Shown here piece by piece: positions 61,071 through 64,000 of a DNA stretch of 64,000 nt. The position numbers and the translations under genes were made by a program. The stretch is from the NCBI GenBank assembly GCA_014729775.1, contig WJJJ01000026.1, forward strand, positions 16,948 through 80,947, in the 5' to 3' direction. Every line of letters begins with the position of its first letter. Within the stretch, counting starts at the first letter, position 1. Source of the DNA: Candidatus Omnitrophota bacterium (GTDB taxonomy: Bacteria; Omnitrophota; Gorgyraeia; Duberdicusellales; 4484-171). Under the pieces are notes generated by a model that worked only from the letters and a program-made list of their open reading frames with translations, searched no databases and was not told the DNA's origin.

Positions 61071-62582
61071 TCACGGCCGCCGCGGCAGGTTATTGAGATA
61101 GGTATCGATCAGGTTCACTTCTTCGTATTTGTCTTTTTCCCGGTAAAGCTTTTTCGCCTTCTGATAATTCACCCGGGCCTTTTCATAGGCCCCGCTGTCT
61201 TCGTGAACCTTCGCGATGCCGGTATACAACTCGGCGGCGTCCGGATGCAGACCTATGGCCCGGGAATAAAGCTCGCGCGCCTGACGGGTATTGCCCAGCT
61301 TTCGGTAAAGATTGCCCAGATTCACGTAGGCGGGAAGGTAATCGGCATCAATACGCAGCGCCTGCCGGTAATCGGCGCGGGCCTGTTCGTATTGACGCAT
61401 CGCCTCGTGGGCGAGTCCGAGATTGGTATACAGATCGGGAGAATCGGGACGCAGAGCGAGCGCTTTCCGGTACGACGCAACGGCTTGCTGAGGCTGTCCC
61501 TGAGAATAAAAACAAGCGCCCAGATAGGCCTGGCCCCGGACCAGATCCGGATCAAGCCCCAGGGCTTTACGGAATTGTTCCTGCGCGGTCTCGTAATGCC
61601 CTTCGTGAAAATACAACACGCCCAGATTGATATAAGGCTCGGGATATCCGGGATCGAGTTTCATCGCCTTGGTGTACTGGGTAATCGCCTCTTCGGTCTG
61701 TCCCAGATCACGGTATACGTTCCCGAGATTATTATAGGCAAGCACCTGCTGGGGGTTCAGTTTGAGCGCCTGGTGATAAAACCCGATACTCTGCTGAAGG
61801 CCGCCCGATTCATAATGAGCCGCTCCCATATTATTGTGGAGGTAGGAAAGCTGGGAATTGATCGTCGTACATTTCTGAAACGCCCGCAGTGCTTCCTGCG
61901 GTTTATTCTGTACCAGCATGACTACTCCGTAATTCTGATAGGCGTCGCAGAAATAGGGATCGAAAAGAGCGGCCTTCCGTAATTGTTCCTGCGCCTGCTG
62001 GTACTGTCCCATGCGCGCGTACGCGACTCCGAGGATGGTAAGAGCCAGCGCGTCGTTCGTTTTCGCCTGGGTCGCAGCCCGCAACCGCGACACCGCGCGT
62101 TCGGGCCGGCCCTGGAGCAGATGTCCGATCCCCTTGCAGACGGCGACCGCGTAGTCTTTTTGAATCCGGCTTTGAGGAGCCGCGCGGACCGCCTGGATAA
62201 GCTTCTCTCGGGCCGCATAGGAATATGCCGTGCGCTGCGCTTCCCGCCGGAAAAATTCGAGCGCCTGATCGAACTGTTCTCCCGCGGCGAACTCGATCGC
62301 GTCACGCCCTTTTGGAGAAACAGTGTAGGGTGAAGGAACCAGTCCGTGCAGGTAGGAGGTTTTCTCGGGAAAAGAAAAAATCGGCGACTTCTTTTCTATC
62401 TGGGCGATCTCATGAGAATAATACGTTAACACCACGCCCCGGTAACGGATCCGCACGTAATCCTCGGTCTGCTCGACGATCTTGCCTTCGATCGTCTTGC
62501 CGCTTTTCAGAGTGATGATCTCGGCGGATGCGGTAACACACATGACCAGCGCGCAGGCCAGCACAACCGCGATCTTTCTCAT
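61071..62582 (-). CDS. Secreted tetratricopeptide-repeat protein
   Basis: Signal peptide (ASA^E), N-terminal ITLKSGKTIEGKIV beta-domain, about 10 TPRs (AYNNLG..G..EEA..Y.KA..LDP). The start is reassigned to ATG 62582. Confidence 0.88.
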   Translation of the reverse strand: MRKIAVVLACALVMCVTASAEIITLKSGKTIEGKIVEQTEDYVRIRYRGVVLTYYSHEIAQIEKKSPIFSFPEKTSYLHGLVPSPYTVSPKGRDAIEFAAGEQFDQALEFFRREAQRTAYSYAAREKLIQAVRAAPQSRIQKDYAVAVCKGIGHLLQGRPERAVSRLRAATQAKTNDALALTILGVAYARMGQYQQAQEQLRKAALFDPYFCDAYQNYGVVMLVQNKPQEALRAFQKCTTINSQLSYLHNNMGAAHYESGGLQQSIGFYHQALKLNPQQVLAYNNLGNVYRDLGQTEEAITQYTKAMKLDPGYPEPYINLGVLYFHEGHYETAQEQFRKALGLDPDLVRGQAYLGACFYSQGQPQQAVASYRKALALRPDSPDLYTNLGLAHEAMRQYEQARADYRQALRIDADYLPAYVNLGNLYRKLGNTRQARELYSRAIGLHPDAAELYTGIAKVHEDSGAYEKARVNYQKAKKLYREKDKYEEVNLIDTYLNNLPRRP

Positions 62583-64000
62583 CGTCCCTCGACCCGGCGC
62601 ACGACCTGAGCGGTATTCACGAATTCCACGCCTTGCTTTTTCCATTGCGCGCACACCCGTTTTTTTTCCTGCGCCGAAAATCCCCGCAGCGCATCGTCCA
62701 CCACCGCGACTTCGAATCCCGCGTTGCACAATCCCTGCACGGCCTCTTTTACCGCGTATTCGGCGGCGACGCCGTACACGTATATTTTGTCCGGGAACAC
62801 CGCCTGCAGGATTTTGACGGTATTAGGATTGCTGAAAATATTCCAGGAATTTTTCTCAATGATGTACTGGGGATACCTGCTTACCAAAGAAGTAATTTCC
62901 TCATCGGAATATTCTTTCCCGGCCGGAAATGTCTTGGCGCAGGACATCGTGGTTTCGGGAATCTTTTTCGCCCCCGCGGTTCCCCTCACGCAATGGGGAG
63001 AGAATTCACGAAATTCAGCCGAGTCCTTGCGGTGAAGTTCGCGCGATGACACTACCGCGATATTGTGGGCCGCCGCCGTCCTGGTAAGCGCTTTGAGATT
63101 CTTCACGATCTTTTCGCATCCTTCGACGCGCAGAGAGCCCGGTTTACGGATAAAATCAAACTGACTGTCGATATCGAAAAAAAGAAGTTTCAGCGCGGTA
63201 CGGGCACTGACCAGTTTACCGGTCCCTGCCGCGCGTGCCGCCAGTTCACCGCTTAACTTCACCGGCACCGGACGGCCTCCCTCGAACCGCAGGGCCGACG
63301 CGGGGAGCTGTCCCGATTTGCGCTGAAGGAACTTTCTCTTTTCTTTCAGGGTCCGCACCACGGCGACTCGTTCCCCTTTACGCATCAGCCGCTTCCATAT
63401 TTTTTTCCCGGCGAGTTTCTTTTCCCCGTCAAGCCCGACGAGATCACTTTCGATTTTTCCGTCCGCTCCGCGGCGGCGGCGGAGCTGCTTAACGCCGGGG
63501 ATCGTCGTATTGCCTTCCTGAAGACTCATCACCGGAGACCAGCGGTGTTTCGGTTTTCCCGACACATTGACCAGCACGTACTTCATGTCGGTGTAGGGCA
63601 GATGTGAACCGCTGCCGATATGCGCCCCGACGCCGAACGCGTCCACCGGGATCCGCTTTTTTATCATTTTAGAAATACGGTGCTCATCCAGATTCCCCGA
63701 AACGAACAGCAGGGTATCGATAAATCCGTCCTGATCAAGCGACCGGCGCAAATAGCGTATTTCATCGTCGGAAGGGTTCTCCGCGCACAGTCCGAGCAGG
63801 TCACACCCTTCTTTTTTCAAAATTCGCGCGACCCGCATCGCGGACTGAATACCCCGGGTGAAATTATAGGTATCAACCATTAAAATCGACCTGGCCGGGT
63901 ACTGGGCGGCGAAAGAAAAAAACGCCAGAGTTTCCCGCTCGAAACTCATCACAAACGACCGGTTCATCGTGCCCACCACTGGTATCCCGAACCGCCGTCC
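62579..64000 (-). CDS. Nicotinate phosphoribosyltransferase-like / nicotinamidase (isochorismatase)-like fusion, 5'-truncated by the window, degenerate active sites
   Basis: FGIPVVGTM, VDTY, SGNLDE, DAFGVG and PG.KQ..R (PncB-like), then DIDSQFDF..G.L, PHCVRGT.GA and YGVAAEY (PncA-like). Confidence 0.82.
   Translation of the reverse strand, partial: GRRFGIPVVGTMNRSFVMSFERETLAFFSFAAQYPARSILMVDTYNFTRGIQSAMRVARILKKEGCDLLGLCAENPSDDEIRYLRRSLDQDGFIDTLLFVSGNLDEHRISKMIKKRIPVDAFGVGAHIGSGSHLPYTDMKYVLVNVSGKPKHRWSPVMSLQEGNTTIPGVKQLRRRRGADGKIESDLVGLDGEKKLAGKKIWKRLMRKGERVAVVRTLKEKRKFLQRKSGQLPASALRFEGGRPVPVKLSGELAARAAGTGKLVSARTALKLLFFDIDSQFDFIRKPGSLRVEGCEKIVKNLKALTRTAAAHNIAVVSSRELHRKDSAEFREFSPHCVRGTAGAKKIPETTMSCAKTFPAGKEYSDEEITSLVSRYPQYIIEKNSWNIFSNPNTVKILQAVFPDKIYVYGVAAEYAVKEAVQGLCNAGFEVAVVDDALRGFSAQEKKRVCAQWKKQGVEFVNTAQVVRRVEGR

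Overview
A 64-kb, gene-dense, moderately GC-rich core-chromosome segment from a diderm bacterium. Gene style and content suggest the PVC superphylum, plausibly Ca. Omnitrophota (inference, not tested). Every recognisable gene (about 60) is on the minus strand. In transcription order (right to left): a PncB-PncA-like fusion lacking key catalytic residues, TPR protein, proC-mtnP-pfkB, ileS-dksA-like-lspA-rluD-aroA, FAH hydrolase, yjbQ, OmpA/MotB lipoprotein pair, uppS-cdsA-dxr-rseP-ispG-(orphan TadA/CpaF ATPase)-proS-rimP-nusA-infB, scpA-ruvB-coaC-rmuC-DUF167-pgeF-sirtuin-gcvTHPAPB, an HTH_17-led type IV filament locus (pilMN-O-P-Q-B-C plus six pilins), NSS transporter, PBP-A-like serine hydrolase, TrkA-C membrane protein, a complete V/A-type ATPase operon followed by USP and PTS EIIA, tgt-trmD-rplS-rnhB-yraN-fchA-folD-FAD oxidoreductase and a partial GuaB3. 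I found no rRNA, tRNA, CRISPR, IS or prophage. The most notable points are: (1) a pilus locus in which two near-identical acidic DxDxDG pilins form direct repeats around a minor-pilin block, headed by an Xis/BldC-like regulator and NrdR-box-like sites separated by a C9 tract; (2) a double pseudoenzyme PncB-PncA fusion; (3) an orphan Tad ATPase inside a housekeeping operon; (4) a probably monofunctional FolD paired with FchA; (5) K+/stress regulators flanking the V-ATPase; (6) heptamer repeats in 3' intergenic regions. All calls come from motif reading by eye, with no database searches.
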